Origin: Antedon mediterranea
Lineage: Eukaryota > Animalia > Echinodermata
Direction: 5' to 3'
NCBI RefSeq assembly: GCF_964355755.1
Contig: NC_092671.1
Coordinates: 25,494,070-25,558,069, forward strand
DNA: 64,000 nt
A program made the translations under genes and the position numbers. Below, in pieces: positions 62,676-64,000 of this stretch. Below the pieces are notes generated by a model. The model saw only the letters and a list, made by a program, of their open reading frames with translations, was not told the DNA's origin and did no database searches. Each line of letters starts with the position of its first letter. The stretch's first letter is position 1.

Positions 62676-64000
62676 CTATTAATCAAAATGAAAAAAAAAA
62701 TATTATTACATATACAATAATGTACTGTATTAAACATATAACGTCTCAAAAAACTGGTTTTGGTAAATTGAGTTCAAAGAAGAAACTAGTACTAGTAGTG
62801 CATTTGGACTATAACCTGTTTACAATACCATTTATACACCTCTTTCTCATGTCTACACAGTATCTAATGCACTTTTTATAATTGTATGACCCACTATATG
62901 ACTCCCGGGAAAGGTGCATCCATTTTTTCAATGTATGTCATACCTTATGAATACCATAATGCACCTGTGCAACAAAAATGTGACTTACCTTTAGGTGACC
63001 ATAATGTACTCATTTTGACACACTGTGACCATAATATATGGTGGGTGGTAAAGTGACAGAAATTGACCCACCATTGTTCATTGACGTGACATACCATCTA
63101 GGGTTTTTGACGCACCCCTGCATCAGTAAATATTTGTAAATGACGCATTCATGACTTACCTCTCCCCGGGGGTTGTATAGTGGGTCATAGGATTGACAAG
63201 TGCATATTAAAATTCCCAAACGGTATCCCTGAACGAAACAAGGTCTGATTTATAAATAACCAAAAATTCTATATTCAGATTATCGTTAAGTGATTAAAAT
63301 GTATTTAGGCTAGGCCAAAGCACACTTACAAACCCACCGTTGATTTTTATCGCAATGATTTAAAATGTCACCAACTTTATGTTCACAATCAAACATGCCT
63401 AATTTAGGTCTAGACTAGCCTCGGTCTGCTTATTTTAGCAACACCAATACCCCTGGGCCTACTGTACAATTTATAGCTAGCCTAGTAGTAGGGCTAGGCT
63501 AGCTAAACAAAAAAGAATAACATTCAAAAATATTACATATACCTAGGCCTAGGGCCTGCAACAATCGTGCAAATAATTATTAATGAACTCGACATACAAG
63601 ATAAAAAAGGAGTCAAAATTAATCATATTCATACTAGGCTAGGCCTAGTAGGCCCTAGAGGCCAGCTAGCTAGGCCTAGCCTATATTATTACTTATTTCC
63701 AACGTTTTATTTGATACAATCTTAGGTCTATCCCCGGGCCTATCTAATTTCTAATGCCTAGGCCCTACAGTTATAGATACAAATACTAGCCTAACTAATG
63801 GATTCACAACCTGCACACAATTGATGGTCGCAATCGTATTATTATTATTAGTCCTAGACCTAGCCTAGGCTAGTAGTAGTAGTAGCTAGCTAGAGCAGTA
63901 CAGGTTTAGGGCCTATAGCTAGGCCTACACATTTCTTAGAGGAGTATACACACTACATACAGTTAGAATGACACCAAATTAGACCTATACCTGTATAAGT

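Overview
AT-rich eukaryotic (animal) genomic DNA, most likely an invertebrate deuterostome such as an echinoderm (inferred from Deu-domain SINEs, spliceosomal introns and composition). Three multi-exon genes lie in tandem on the minus strand. I reconstructed each by hand from GT-AG sites and phase: an EFCAB3-like EF-hand protein (10 exons, 550 aa, 4860-15152), a multi-ankyrin-repeat protein (21 coding exons, about 1110 aa, 18298-43521) and MTCH2 (10 exons in the window, 49361-62675; exon 1 lies beyond 64000). Introns are full of mobile DNA and tandem repeats: a TSD-flanked L2-type LINE lacking its RT core, an Academ-like foldback element holding two further nested DNA transposons, a Helitron, Harbinger-like MITEs, tRNA/Deu and 5S-derived SINEs, and several minisatellites. 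The most notable signals are (i) 5'/3' terminal complementarity in the RT-deleted, endonuclease-retaining LINE, (ii) an intact tRNA cloverleaf with the normally absent ATC anticodon followed by a Pol III terminator, (iii) the three-level transposon nest, and (iv) an in-frame coding-like stretch hidden behind a TAG at an exon/intron boundary. There is no prokaryotic system or CRISPR array. The long repeat ORFs at 35.3-37 kb are minisatellite artefacts. All family assignments come from motif recognition; no database search was run.
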